Of a stretch of 64,000 bases of DNA, positions 12,062-24,799 are shown one piece after another (position 1 is the first letter of the stretch; every line of letters starts with the position of its first letter). The DNA is taken from assembly GCA_002269645.1 (NCBI GenBank), contig NIVC01001444.1:1-64000 (forward strand). The letters are read 5' to 3'. A program made the position numbers and the translations under genes. The notes under the pieces are model-generated. The model saw only the letters and a program-made list of their open reading frames with translations, made no database searches and had not been told where the DNA came from. This DNA comes from Macrostomum lignano (lineage: Eukaryota).

Positions 12062-14530
12062 CAGGACTCCATCAGCAACTTGCCCAGCGGCGTGCCAACA
12101 CCTGTCGACCTGCAACGGTCCGCGGTTCGCCTCCTGCTTTCCATGATCGCCCTGCCCAATCATTTCGGCCAATCGGAGATTCTCCACCCGTTGGACAGTC
12201 GGTCGGCGCCGCGTACATTCCTGTCGCTTCGTCAGGACATTGTGGTGCTGGTGCTGGACACTCTGCTGTTGTTGAGGGACTCCCACTGCGTGCAGATGCT
12301 GCTGTGCGCTCTGCTTTGCATAGCTGAAGACTTGGCCAGCTACGAGAATTTGGTGCACAGCGACGAGTCCTGCACGGATGCAGGCGTTCGCGCCGTGCCC
12401 AAAGCGCCAGGTATTTTTTAAGTTCATTTATCTCAATCATCCCAATGGTTCTCCTTCCTACTCGATCCCTTAAATCCCCTATTCGATCCCTTAAATCCCC
12501 TATTCGATCCCTTAAATCCCCTATTCGATCCCTTATATCCTCTATTCGATCCCTTAAATCCCCTATTCGATCCTTTAAATCCCCTATTCGATCCCTTAAA
12601 TCTCTTATTCGATCCTTTTAATCCCCTATTCGATCCCTTAAATCCCCTATTCGATAAAATAATTCCCCTATTCGATCCCTTAAATCCCCTATTCGATCCC
12701 TTAAATCCCCTATTCGATCCCTTAAATCCCCTATTCGATAAAATAATTCCCCTATTCGATCCCTTAAATCCCCTATTCGATCCCTTAAATCCTCTATTCG
12801 ATCCCTTAAATCCCCTATTCGATCCTTTAAATCCCCTATTCGATCCCTTAAATCTCTTATTCGATCCTTAAATCCCTTATTCGATTCCTTAATCTATTCA
12901 ATGCCATAATTCCCTATTCGATGCCGTAATTCCCTATTCGATCAAATAATTCCCCTATTTGATCCAATAATTCCCCTATTCTATCCCAAGAGTTTCCTTA
13001 TTTAATCCCATGATTTTTTATCCCCTTTTCAATGTCATAACTTCCTCATGATCTGTTTGATCGCATATTCCCTTCTCAGGCATTCTTTCCACTAATTCAG
13101 CAGTTGAAGTTTAGAATATGTATGATGAAATAATTATAAATCAGTTCATCAAATCAATTAGATTAATTTAAACCAACCCAATCACCATTCTTCGCCTCTA
13201 ATCCTATATCTTTTTGAAGCCGAGTTCATCCCCAACCCCTGCAATCTAAAACGCGGCCTCGCCCAGCCCCACCAAAATCCCAACCCCACCCCTAGCAGAC
13301 TCGGTGCAGAAGCTGTTCACCCAGGCAGTTGCGGCAATCTGCAAGCGGCTCAACCTTGAGCACGACTCCGCCCTGAAGATGGACTACGACACCACCCTGA
13401 CTGCATTGGACGTGTTGAGCCACCTGGCCAGACTGCCAATCGGACAGGTGAGCGGCCTCCTTCACCAATTTAATCGGCTAACGTTGGGAAAATATTTATG
13501 GTTGCTGGCATGGTCCAGTGCCAGCTGCTGTAGCTGGGGCTGGCGCAGCCGGTTGCTGGCATAGTTCAGTGCCAGCTGCTGTAGCTGGGGCTGGCGCAGC
13601 TGGTTGCTGGCATGGTCCAGTGCCAGCTGCTGTAGCTGGGGCTGGCGCAGCCGGTTGCTGGCATAGTCCAGTGCCAGCTGCTGTAGCTGGGGCTGGCGCA
13701 GCCGGTTGCTGGCATAGTCCAGTGCCAGCTGCTGTAGCTGGGGCTGGCGCAGCCGGTTGCTGGTCCAGTATATAATAATAATAATTGATGTGCAACCGAC
13801 AGCTCAGCCGCAGCTATTGCGCGGCGCATCTGAAGGCTGCGTACGGCTGTTCAGTACAAGGACTGGGGGGTCGCCACACGCACCCTCAATTACCCCAGCA
13901 CCCATTTTACAGCCAGCTGGGTGCACCAGTAAAGTAGTGTAAATATAGATTCTGTCATTAAGCATTGGCAACTGAAATTCCTGTCCTTCTGTAATTCCTC
14001 GCTAGAGTTCTCGCGAGGCCACTAAAGTACATCCCCCGCGCCCAAACGCAGAGCTCATTCGGCGGGCCGCACAACACGCAGAACCTGTTGAAAAGCTGCG
14101 TCCGCTGGCTGTGCGACTTCATTAGCAGCCAGTGCGCCCGGCCCAGGCAGGAGCACTCGCGCTACCTGCACTCGCAAATCGTGGCCACGTACGACTGCTT
14201 GGCCCAGTGGGCGCTAAACTATCCCCAGCTACTGCTAGATGAGGACACCCTCATCTGCCTGCTGGAGATCATCGAGCTGGGCTTGTCGGGCTCCAAGTCG
14301 CGCGTCGAGCACCGAGGCGAGGCCACCAGGTTCGAGCCGAAGTGGCGCAAACAGAAGAGCCCGCATTCCGCACGGCTGGCCAGGCGGCCGAGTGCCTGCT
14401 GTCGCTAATCATGTCACAGGTGGGCGCCTTCCCGCCCGCGCTGGGGCCGCAGACCGCCTACGGCAGCCTGCTCACTGAGGAGTCCTTTCCTGACTGCCGG
14501 CGCAGGTGAGTCTGGGAAGACGGGTTGGCA

Positions 14531-14591
<61 letters not shown>

Positions 14592-14594
14592 GGC

Positions 14595-14647
<53 letters not shown>

Positions 14648-17586
14648 GGCAATGATGGCAAACATGCCACACAGACAGACAGCACCCCAGAAACCCTGGC
14701 CCCGCACCAGATACCTGGCCTTAAATGGCTCGCTAATCCTGGCTGTGCTGGAGCCGGTCAGCCAGAAGCGCACCCTGCCATCAGCCATCGTTATCGTCCG
14801 CGGCCCCTTCGGCCGCCAGGTCTGGCAGGCGGAGATGCGCGACGCGCCCAGACAGCAGCGGCCCCCGGCAGCGCCGCAGTCGGCCAGGCGGCCGCCACCC
14901 GATCCGTCTCTGCTGCCCTATTGGTGCTACACTGAGGGGCGCCGGGCGCCGCCGTATTTTCCTGCCGAGCCGCCTGGCCTGCCGGCTGTGCGCGCCGACG
15001 CCTCGGTGCCGACGCTGGCTTCGGTGACGCCAAATAGCGCCGAGGTGCTGCGGCTGATGGCGCAGGCGCGCGTGCCAAAGCGGCTACCCTGTGAGCGATT
15101 GATTTCTATTCGATTCCAGCATGCCTGAGTAGCTTCAATAGAAAGAGCATTGAGTTTTCAGTGTTTCCTATGGAAACTACTGTGCTTCCTATGGAAACTA
15201 CTGTGCTTCCTATGGAAACTACTGTGCTTCCTATGGAAACTACTGTGCTTCCTATGGAAACTACTGTGCTTCCTATGGAAACTACTGTGCTTCCTATGGA
15301 AACTACTGTGCTTCCTATGGAAACTACTGTGCTTCCTATGGAAACTACTGTGCTTCCTATGGAAACTACTGTGCTTCCTATGGAAACTACTGTGCTTCCT
15401 ATGGAAACTACTGTGCTTCCTATGGAAACTACTGTGCTTCCTATGGAAACTACTGTGCTTCCTATGGAAACTACTGTGCTTCCTATGGAAACTACTGTGC
15501 TTCCTATGGAAACTACTGTGCTTCCTATGGAAACTACTGTGCTTCCTATGGAAACTACTGTGCTTCCTATGGAAACTACTGTGCTTCCTATGGAAACTAC
15601 TGTGCTTCCTATGGAAACTACTGTGCTTCCTATGGAAACTACTGTGCTTCCTATGGAAACTATTGTGCTTCCTATGGAAACTACTGTACTTCCTATGGAA
15701 ACTACTGTACTTCCTACGGAAACTACTGTGCTTCCTATGGAAACTGATGTGCTTCCTATGGAAAAACCCCTGCATCCTATGGCCTGGATTTGGGCCATTT
15801 CTAGTCACGTGACGATTGGTTAATCAGCCCTGTCCGATTCCTCCGCCCCGAAGGCCCCGAAACGCCGCAGTGCCGTCCACCCGCCTCGGCCAAAGAGTTC
15901 CAACCGGCCAGGCTCATCCTCACCCAGCTCGGCCTGCTGGACATCGCCTGCACTTTGGACTCTTCTACCCAGGAGTTCTTCGACCAGCTGAGCGAACTCG
16001 ACGGCCTCCCAGTGCGCAGCCTGCACCCGGCCGCGCTGTACTTTGTGCCCCGCGGAGCCTGCGCCAGCGACCCCGACCGCCTGCTGGCTGTTAGCTCCGC
16101 CGCCGCCGCCGCGTCCGCCGATTTCACCAGCTTCTGCCACGGCCTCGGCTGGGCCCCGGCCAATCTGCCCGGCAATGTCGCCTACTGGTCGGACGCCGTG
16201 GCCGAGGTTGTGTTTCACAGGCCGAGCGGCCGTCCGCTTGAGCAGAGCCAGCCGGTGCTGGTCTGGCTGGAGGACGCCGAGGACCGGGCCGCTTTTCCCA
16301 CCGATGCGCTGTGCCCGCGAGCCGATCCGCTGGTGTTCGTGGCCTGCCGAGACCGCCTGCTCAAGGTGAGCTGCTCTGGCGTGCGGCCTTTGTTTGATCT
16401 TTATCTATGCAGGCTAGATTAGCAATCCATTCTCATGTTAGCTAGATTAGCAATCCATTCTATGTTAGATAGATTAGCAATCCATTCTATTTCTGCATCC
16501 ATGATGGGCTAGATTAGCAATCCATTCTATTTCTGCATCCATGATGGGCTAGATTAGCAATCCATTCTATTTCTGAATCCATGATGGGCTAGATTAGCAA
16601 TCCATTCTATTTCTGAATCCATGATGGGCTAGATTAGCAATCCAGTCTATTCCTCCATCCATGATGGGCTAGATTAGCAATCCATTCTATTTCTGCATCC
16701 ATGATGGGCTAGATTAGCAATCCATTCTATTTCTGCATCCATGATGGGCTAGATTAGCAATCCATTCTATTTCTGCATCCATGATGGGCTAGATTAGCAA
16801 TCCATTCTATTTCTGCATCCATGATGGGCTAGATTAGCAATCCATTCTATTTCTGCATCCATGATGGGCTAGATTAGCAATCCATTCTATTCCTCCATCC
16901 ATGATGGGCTAGATTAGCAATCCAGTCTATTCCTGCATCCATGATGGGGTAGATTAGCAATCCAGTCTATTCCTCCATCCATGATGGGCTAGATTAGCAA
17001 TCCATTCTATTTCTGCATCCGTGATTGGCTAGATTAGCAATCCATTCTATTTCTGCATCCGTGATGGGCTAGATTAGCAATCCAGTCTATTCCTCCATCC
17101 ATGATGGGCTAGATTAGCAATCCATTCTATTTCTGCATCCATGATGGGCTAGATTAGCAATCCATTCTATTTCTGCATCCATGATGGGCTAGATTAGCAA
17201 TCCATTCTAATTAACCAGTCCCAATCCCTCAGGTACTAGAGGTGTCCATGGGCCCGAACGCGAACTGCAAGCCGGCCGCTCCGCTGGACTTCGCTCCGCC
17301 ACTGCTCAAAGGCCTGGTTGTGCCGCTGCGCACCGCGCCCTGCTTGGTCCGACAGGCCATCCTGAACTGGTCAGCCCGGAGGCGCCTTCACATGGCGTAC
17401 GCGGCCTCTGGCCACGGCAAGTCCAGCACGGGCAGCCCAGACCCAGGCGAGCCGTTTCCGCACACAATCCGGCAGCGCAAGATCCAGGAGATTCAGCGCA
17501 GCGGTGAATCTGTTAGAGGCGACTCGCTGCTGCTCATGCTAATGCGGGCGCCGGACTCCGCAGCTGAGCGGGCTCTGGCGCACTGA
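12062..17586 (+). CDS. RALGAPB: Ral GTPase-activating protein subunit beta-like, 3' portion only (~760 aa, 6 exons, 5' exons absent, 1-nt frameshift at ~14380)
   Basis: Exons ~12062-12410, 13299-13447, 14052-14505, ~14675-~15090, 15805-16365 and 17233-17586. Peptides LLLSMIALPNHFG, CVRWLCDFISSQCARP..HSRYLHSQIVA, LEIIELGLSGSKS, RYLALNGSLILAVLEP..VIVRGPFGRQVW, EFQPARLILTQLG, YWSDAVAEVVF, LVRQAILN and RQRKIQEI match recalled RalGAP-beta motifs in the expected order. The exon 4/5 boundaries are uncertain. Confidence 0.88.
12462..12965. repeat. Intronic 21-bp minisatellite (ATTCGATCCCTTAAATCCCCT)n
   Basis: Direct inspection. Confidence 0.95.
13499..13767. repeat. Intronic 51-bp minisatellite (GGTTGCTGGCATAGTCCAGTGCCAGCTGCTGTAGCTGGGGCTGGCGCAGCC)n, ~5 units
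   Basis: Direct inspection. Confidence 0.95.
13770..13925 (-). mobile_element. 5'-truncated CORE-like SINE copy
   Basis: Shares GATGTGCAACCGACAGCTCAGCCGCAGC...CCCATTTTACAG with 24508 and 43790; (TTA)n tail on the minus strand. Confidence 0.8.
14530..14648. repeat. Intronic (GACA)n microsatellite containing the left boundary of duplicate A'
   Basis: Identity with 3666 onward begins at 14589. Confidence 0.95.
15164..15768. repeat. 21-bp minisatellite, copy A'
   Basis: Same as 4241-4845, including variant units. Confidence 0.97.
16413..17209. repeat. 40-bp minisatellite, copy A'
   Basis: Same as 5490-6286. Confidence 0.97.
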
Positions 17587-17914
17587 TTGATTCTCCTGAT
17601 CATTTTATAGCTCTAGTTTTACTACGCCCGCCCCCGCATTCCGCACTAATCACTCTGATGATGATTAACGCGCTCAGGGTCTGAATTTGTTGCTCTATTT
17701 TTATCATTTAACAATCCCCACTGATGGTTGATGATTCCCGCCTGTACGCTTTGTTGGCTAACCATATCATTATTCATCTAAGAAGTCGCTGCTCTTACTG
17801 ATGGCTGATTGCCTAATTTTAACCGTCTATTGAGGTTCAATCGGTTTATTAGGTTGTTGCCTTCAGCTAACATTCGATATTCACTACTATGTGTCTGGTG
17901 TTGTTTTCTTTGAC

Positions 17915-18789
17915 TGATTGACATTTGTGCGTCAAATCTGATTGATTGATTGATTGATTGGCATTTGTGCGTCAATTCTGATTGATTGATTGATTGATTG
18001 GCATTTGTGCGTCAATTCTGATTGATTGATTGATTGGCATTTGTGCGTCAATTCTGATTGATTGATTGATTGATTGGCATTTGTGCGTCAATTCTGATTG
18101 ATTGATTGATTGGCATTTGTGCGTCAATTCTGATTGATTGATTGGCATTTGTGCGTCAATTCTGATTGATTGATTGATTGGCATTTGTGCGTCAATTCTG
18201 ATTGATTGATTGATTGGCATTTGTGCGTCAATTCTGATTGATTGATTGATTGGCATTTGTGCGTCAATTCTGATTGATTGATTGATTGATTGGCATTTGT
18301 GCGTCAATTCTGATTGATTGATTGATTGGCATTTGTGCGTCAATTCTGATTGATTGATTGGCATTTGTGCGTCAATTCTGATTGATTGATTGATTGGCAT
18401 TTGTGCGTCAATTCTGATTGATTGATTGATTGGCATTTGTGCGTCAATTCTGATTGATTGATTGATTGATTGGCATTTGTGCGTCAATTCTGATTGATTG
18501 ATTGATTGGCATTTGTGCGTCAATTCTGATTGATTGATTGATTGATTGATTGGCATTTGTGCGTCAATTCTGATTGATTGATTGATTGATTGGCATTTGT
18601 GCGTCAATTCTGATTGATTGATTGATTGGCATTTGTGCGTCAATTCTGATTGATTGATTGATTGATTGGCATTTGTGCGTCAATTCTGATTGATTGATTG
18701 ATTGGCATTTGTGCGTCAATTCTGATTGATTGATTGGTTGATTGGACTTTGTGCGTAAATGTTGATTGATTGATTGATTGATTGATTGA
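17915..18789. repeat. Composite core+(TTGA)n repeat, copy A'
   Basis: Same as 6992-7866. Confidence 0.95.
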
Positions 18790-19201
18790 CATGTCGTGTT
18801 TGACAAATGCTTTTTGCTTGCTGCATCAGGTGCCAGTCTATCAGCCAGCGCTGAGTATTTTCGGGTGTTTCGCTTCGTCCTTAGCCAGTTAACCAGTGCC
18901 GCTGCTAGTCTCTGCTGCAATTAATCACCCCGCTCAACAGTCCAATAGCTATTGATATATTATCTGGTTTCCTGTGCTTATATTCAAGTCTAATTGGCTG
19001 TTTTTATATTTTGTTATGCGCGAATATGCGTGTATTCAGATCTGTATGTACGAGCGTACTTGTGTATAAATACGGCGGAATTATGATATTTATTTATTGT
19101 TCATTGTCACAGGATGCGAATCTTGCTGTTTTATATAATTTGCTGCAGTTTGTGTTCAAATTAGTCATTGTTCATGCTGATGGTCGATCTGATTTCTGTT
19201 T

Positions 19202-19207
19202 GTCTGC

Positions 19208-19289
<82 letters not shown>

Positions 19290-19925
19290 GTGTCTGACTG
19301 ACTGACTGACTGACTGACTGACTGACTGACTGACTGACTGACTGACTGACTGACTGACTGACTGACTGACTGACTGACTGACTGACTGACTGACTGACTG
19401 ACTGACTGACTGACTGACTGACTGACTGACTGACTGACTGACTGACTGACTGACTGACTGACTGACTGACTGACTGACTGACTGACTGACTGACTGACTG
19501 ACTGACTGACTGACTGACTGACTGACTGACTGACTGACTGACTGACTGACTGACTGACTGACTGACTGACTGACTGACTGACTGACTGACTGACTGACTG
19601 ACTGACTGACTGACTGACTGACTGACTGACTGACTGACTGACTGACTGACTGACTGACTGACTGACTGACTGACTGACTGACTGACTGACTGACTGACTG
19701 ACTGACTGACTGACTGACTGACTGACTGACTGACTGACTGACTGACTGACTGACTGACTGACTGACTGACTGACTGACTGACTGACTGACTGACTGACTG
19801 ACTGACTGACTGACTGACTGACTGACTGACTGACTGACTGACTGACTGACTGACTGACTGACTGACTGACTGACTGACTGACTGACTGACTGACTGACTG
19901 ACTGACTGACTGACTGACTGACTGA
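19202..19925. repeat. (GTCT)n/(GACT)n compound microsatellite, copy A' (32 bp longer)
   Basis: Offset changes from 10923 to 10955 across the tract. Confidence 0.97.
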
Positions 19926-20359
19926 CCAGGCAGTAACTAATGCTTCTCTATTTTTTATGTTGGTTGGTCAGCAATGCTCGGATAGTGACACGGCCGCCTT
20001 ACTCACACTCGCACTATCGCAACGCGCCTGCCCGTGCCATGGTCCAGTGCTTGGCACTCAAACTCCAAGTACCGCCGGATCCGACCATATATCTTTAACT
20101 GTGCAAATAGAAACAGCTTTTGTTAACGTTTGTTATTTCAGATTTAGAGTTTCTGTTTCTGCGTTTGATTTAATATTTATATGTGATCATTGCAGAGTGA
20201 AAATGCTTTGCCGTTTTTAACTTAAATCTTTGCTTGCTTGTCTTTTTTCTGAATGCATATGTAGAAGTTGCTGTAGAAGTGTATTGAGATGAGGTAAAGG
20301 GTTGGCTTCAATCTCTTTTAAAGAGTTGTGTTGAAGTTCTTCGTTGAAAGGTTTGAATT

Positions 20360-23300
20360 TTTCAGTTGAAGGTCTCTGCTGAAGTGTGGATTTGAAGGTC
20401 TTTGTTGAAGGGTGGAGTTGAAGGTCTCTGTTGAAGGGTGGAGTTGAAGGTCTCTGTTGAAGGGTGGAGTTGAAGGTCTCTGTTGAAGGGTGGAGTTGAA
20501 GGTCTCTGTTGAAGGGTGGAGCTGAAGGTCTTTGTTGAAGGGTGGAGTTGAAGGTCTCTGTTGAAGGGTGGAGCTGAAGGTCTCTGTTGAAGGGTGGAGT
20601 TGAAGGTCTCTGTTGAAGGGTGGAGCTGAAGGTCTCTGTTGAAGGGTGGAGTTGAAGGTCTCTGTTGAAGGGTGGAGTTGAAGGTCTCTGTTGAAGGGTG
20701 GAGTTGAAGGTCTCTGTTGAAGGGTGGAGCTGAAGTTCTCTGTTGAAGGGTGGAGTTGAAGGTCTCTGTTGAAGGGTGGATTTGAAGGGTGGAGCTGAAG
20801 GTCTCTGTTGAAGGGTGGAGTTGAAGGTCTCTGTTGAAGGGTGGAGTTGAAGGTCTCTGTTGAAGGGTGGAGTTGAAGGTCTCTATTGAAGGGTGGAGTT
20901 GAAGGTCTCTGTTGAAGGGTGGAGTTGAAGGTCTCTGCTGAAGGGTGGAGTTAAAGGTCTCTGTTGAAGGGTGGAGCTGAAGGTCTCTGCTGAAGGGTGG
21001 AGTTGAAGGTCTCTGCTGAAGGGTGGAGTTGAAGGTCTCTGTTGAAGGGTGGAGCTGAAGGTCTCTGTTGAAGGGTGGAGTTGAAGGTCTCTGTCGAAGG
21101 GTGGAGTTGAAGGTCTCTGTTGAAGGGTGGAGTTGACGGTATTTGTTGAAGGGTGGAGTTGAAGGTCTCTGTTGAAGGGTGGAGCTAAAGGTCTCTGTTG
21201 AAGGGTGGAGCTGAAGGTCTCTGTTGAAGGGTGGAGCTGAAGGTCTCTGTTGAAGGGTGAAGTTGAAGGTCTCTGTTGAAGGGTGGAGTTGAAGGTCTCT
21301 GTTGAAGGGTGGAGCTGAAGGTCTCTGTTGAAGGGTGGAGCTGAAGGTCTCTGTTGAAGGGTGGAGTTGAAGGGTGGAGCTGAAGGTCTCTGTTGAAGGG
21401 TGGAGTTGAAGGGTGGAGTTGAAGGTCTCTGTTGAAGGGTGGAGTTGAAGGTCTCTGTTGAAGGGTGGAGTTGAAGGTCTCTGTTGAAGGGTGGAGCTGA
21501 AGGTCTCTGTTGAAGGGTGGAGTTGAAGGGTGGAGTTGAAGGTCTCTGTTGAAGGGTGGAGTTGAAGGTCTCTGTTGAAGGGTGGAGCTGAAGTTTTCTG
21601 TTGAAGGGTGGAGTTGAAGGTCTCTGTTGAAGGGTGGATTTGAAGGGTGGAGCTGAAGGTCTCTGTTGAAGGGTGGAGTTGAAGGTCTCTGTTGAAGGGT
21701 GGAGTTGAAGGTCTCTGTTGAAGGGTGGAGTTGAAGGTCTCTATTGAAGGGTGGAGTTGAAGGTCTCTGTTGAAGGGTGGAGTTGAAGGTCTCTGCTGAA
21801 GGGTGGAGTTGAAGGTCTCTGTTGAAGGGTGGAGCTGAAGGTCTCTGCTGAAGGGTGGAGTTGAAGGTCTCTGCTGAAGGGTGGAGTTGAAGGTCTCTGT
21901 TGAAGGGTGGAGCTGAAGGTCTCTGTTGAAGGGTGGAGTTGAAGGTCTCTGTCGAAGGGTGGAGTTGAAGGTCTCTGTTGAAGGGTGGAGTTGACGGTAT
22001 TTGTTGAAGGGTGGAGTTGAAGGTCTCTGTTGAAGGGTGGAGCTGAAGTTCTCTGTTGAAGGGTGGAGTTGAAGGTCTCTGTTGAAGGGTGGATTTGAAG
22101 GGTGGAGCTGAAGGTCTCTGTTGAAGGGTGGAGTTGAAGGTCTCTGTTGAAGGGTGGAGTTGAAGGTCTCTGTTGAAGGGTGGAGTTGAAGGTCTCTGTT
22201 GAAGGGTGGAGTTGAAGGTCTCTGCTGAAGGGTGGAGTTGAAGGTCTCTGTTGAAGGGTGGAGCTGAAGGTCGCTGCTGAAGGGTGGAGTTGAAGGTCTC
22301 TGCTGAAGGGTGGAGTTGAAGGTCTCTGTTGAAGGGTGGAGCTGAAGGTCTCTGTTGAAGGGTGGAGTTGAAGGTCTCTGTCGAAGGGTGGAGTTGAAGG
22401 TCTCTGTTGAAGGGTGGAGTTGACGGTATTTGTTGAAGGGTGGAGTTGAAGGTCTCTGTTGAAGGGTGGAGCTAAAGGTCTCTGTTGAAGGGTGGAGCTG
22501 AAGGTCTCTGTTGAAGGGTGGAGCTGAAGGTCTCTGTTGAAGGGTGAAGTTGAAGGTCTCTGTTGAAGGGTGGAGTTGAAGGTCTCTGTTGAAGGGTGGA
22601 GCTGAAGGTCTCTGTTGAAGGGTGGAGCTGAAGGTCTCTGTTGAAGGGTGGAGTTGAAGGGTGGAGCTGAAGGTCTCTGTTGAAGGGTGGAGTTGAAGGG
22701 TGGAGTTGAAGGTCTCTGTTGAAGGGTGGAGTTGAAGGTCTCTGTTGAAGGGTGGAGTTGAAGGTCTCTGTTGAAGGGTGGAGCTGAAGGTCTCTGTTGA
22801 AGGGTGGAGTTGAAGGGTGGAGTTGAAGGTCTCTGTTGAAGGGTGGAGTTGAAGGTCTCTGTTGAAGGGTGGAGCTGAAGTTCTCTGTTGAAGGGTGGAG
22901 TTGAAGGTCTCTGTTGAAGGGTGGATTTGAAGGGTGGAGCTGAAGGTCTCTGTTGAAGGGTGGAGTTGAAGGTCTCTGTTGAAGGGTGGAGTTGAAGGTC
23001 TCTGTTGAAGGGTGGAGTTGAAGGTCTCTATTGAAGGGTGGAGTTGAAGGTCTCTGTTGAAGGGTGGAGTTGAAGGTCTCTGCTGAAGGGTGGAGTTGAA
23101 GGTCTCTGTTGAAGGGTGGAGCTGAAGGTCTCTGCTGAAGGGTGGAGTTGAAGGTCTCTGCTGAAGGGTGGAGTTGAAGGTCTCTGTTGAAGGGTGGAGC
23201 TGAAGGTCTCTGTTGAAGGGTGGAGTTGAAGGTCTCTGTCGAAGGGTGGAGTTGAAGGTCTCTGTTGAAGGGTGGAGTTGACGGTATTTGTTGAAGGGTG

Positions 23301-23697
23301 GAGTTGAAGGTCTCTGTTGAAGGGTGGAGCTGAAGTTCTCTGTTGAAGGGTGGAGTTGAAGGTCTCTGTTGAAGGGTGGATTTGAAGGGTGGAGCTGAAG
23401 GTCTCTGTTGAAGGGTGGAGTTGAAGGTCTCTGTTGAAGGGTGGAGTTGAAGGTCTCTGTTGAAGGGTGGAGTTGAAGGTCTCTGTTGAAGGGTGGAGTT
23501 GAAGGTCTCTGCTGAAGGGTGGAGTTGAAGGTCTCTGTTGAAGGGTGGAGCTGAAGGTCGCTGCTGAAGGGTGGAGTTGAAGGTCTCTGCTGAAGGGTGG
23601 AGTTGAAGGTCTTTGTTGAAGGGTGGAGCTGAAGGTCTCTGTTGAAGGGTGGAGTTGAAGGTCTCTGTTGAAGGGTGGAGTTGAAGGTCTCTGTTAA
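20360..23697. repeat. 26-bp satellite, ~3.3 kb, with higher-order structure
   Basis: Variant marker ACGGTATTTG at 21136, 21994, 22423 and 23281. Confidence 0.97.
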
Positions 23698-24507
23698 CAG
23701 TCAAATTGTTTATTATTGCTTTGAAAAGACCGTATTGGCTTGGCTTGTTTACAGTAGTACGGACTGGTTCGAATTTGGCAAGCGAAAATTGCAAATTGAT
23801 GGCTAGAATGCTGGATTTCTTCGACAGCGCAGCTGCGCTCCGGCCCTTGTGATTCATAGTATGAGCCATGTCATTGTGTGATTGGGACTTGTCAATATTT
23901 TATGCTAAATAGAGCCTAATGCTATTGCAATGAAGTTGGTGGTGGCTAATTAAAATAGCAGCATACTCAAAGCTACTCAAGGCTCTTAAAATTGGTCATT
24001 GCCAATTTGCTATCACAGGTGGCTCGCAGTCTGGCCGAGTGGAGACCAGCAGCTTTTCAGCGGGCGGTGTTTGTTTCTAATTAGGAATCTCGTCATTTAA
24101 ATTTTCCTTATCCAGACCGGCCGTAAACAGCTCCAAAGAGAAAAAGTGCAAACGCACCTATTGATACATTTCGCTCAGTATGCTGTACGAGGCTTTCTTA
24201 CAGTAGGATTACCAAGCTATTTTCCAATCCTAGCGTACCAAGCGTACAGAGAGAGACGAAATGTTTCCACGATACATTCAACTTCGGGTCCTCATTGTAT
24301 TTTTAGACCAGTTCTGTGCCTAATTGCCAAAGAGCCTTTCGCGGACCTCAATGGCGGATTTCTAGTTCATATACAATTAGTTCGTCATCAGTTTGACACC
24401 ATGAAATTGAAGTTCTTCAAACTTCATTTTTCAAGCGGCCTGTAAAAGACACTGTGATTTATGATTGAATTACCCAAGCACCTGTTAGAACGTAATCAAT
24501 GATGCTC

Positions 24508-24776
24508 AGATGTGCAACCGACAGCTCAGCCGCAGCTATTGCGTGGCGCATCTGAAGGCTGCATACGGCTGTTCAGTCCAAGGACTGGGGGGGGGGTCGC
24601 CACACAGCCTCAATTACCCCAGCTAATGCTGGCACCCATTTTACAGCTGGGTGAACTGAAGCAATGCAGAGTTAAGTGCCTTGCCCGAGGACGCAAATTG
24701 TTATACGCTCGTAGTAAGTCAAGATTCGAACCCCCACCCTTCAAGTCGTAAGTTCGACACTCCAACCACTAGGCTA
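24508..24776 (-). mobile_element. tRNA-derived CORE-like SINE, near full length
   Basis: Minus strand: A-box TAGCCTAGTGG, B-box GGTTCGAATC, then CCTCGGGCAAGGCACTTAACTCTGCATTGCTTCAGTTCACCCAGCTGTAAAATGGG, which resembles the MIR/CORE domain. Confidence 0.8.
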
Positions 24777-24799
24777 AAAACCCCGTAGGCTACCCCGTA

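Noticed and set aside
22472-23869. 465-aa minus-strand ORF
   Set aside because: Mostly the 26-bp satellite (26-aa period); no domain content.
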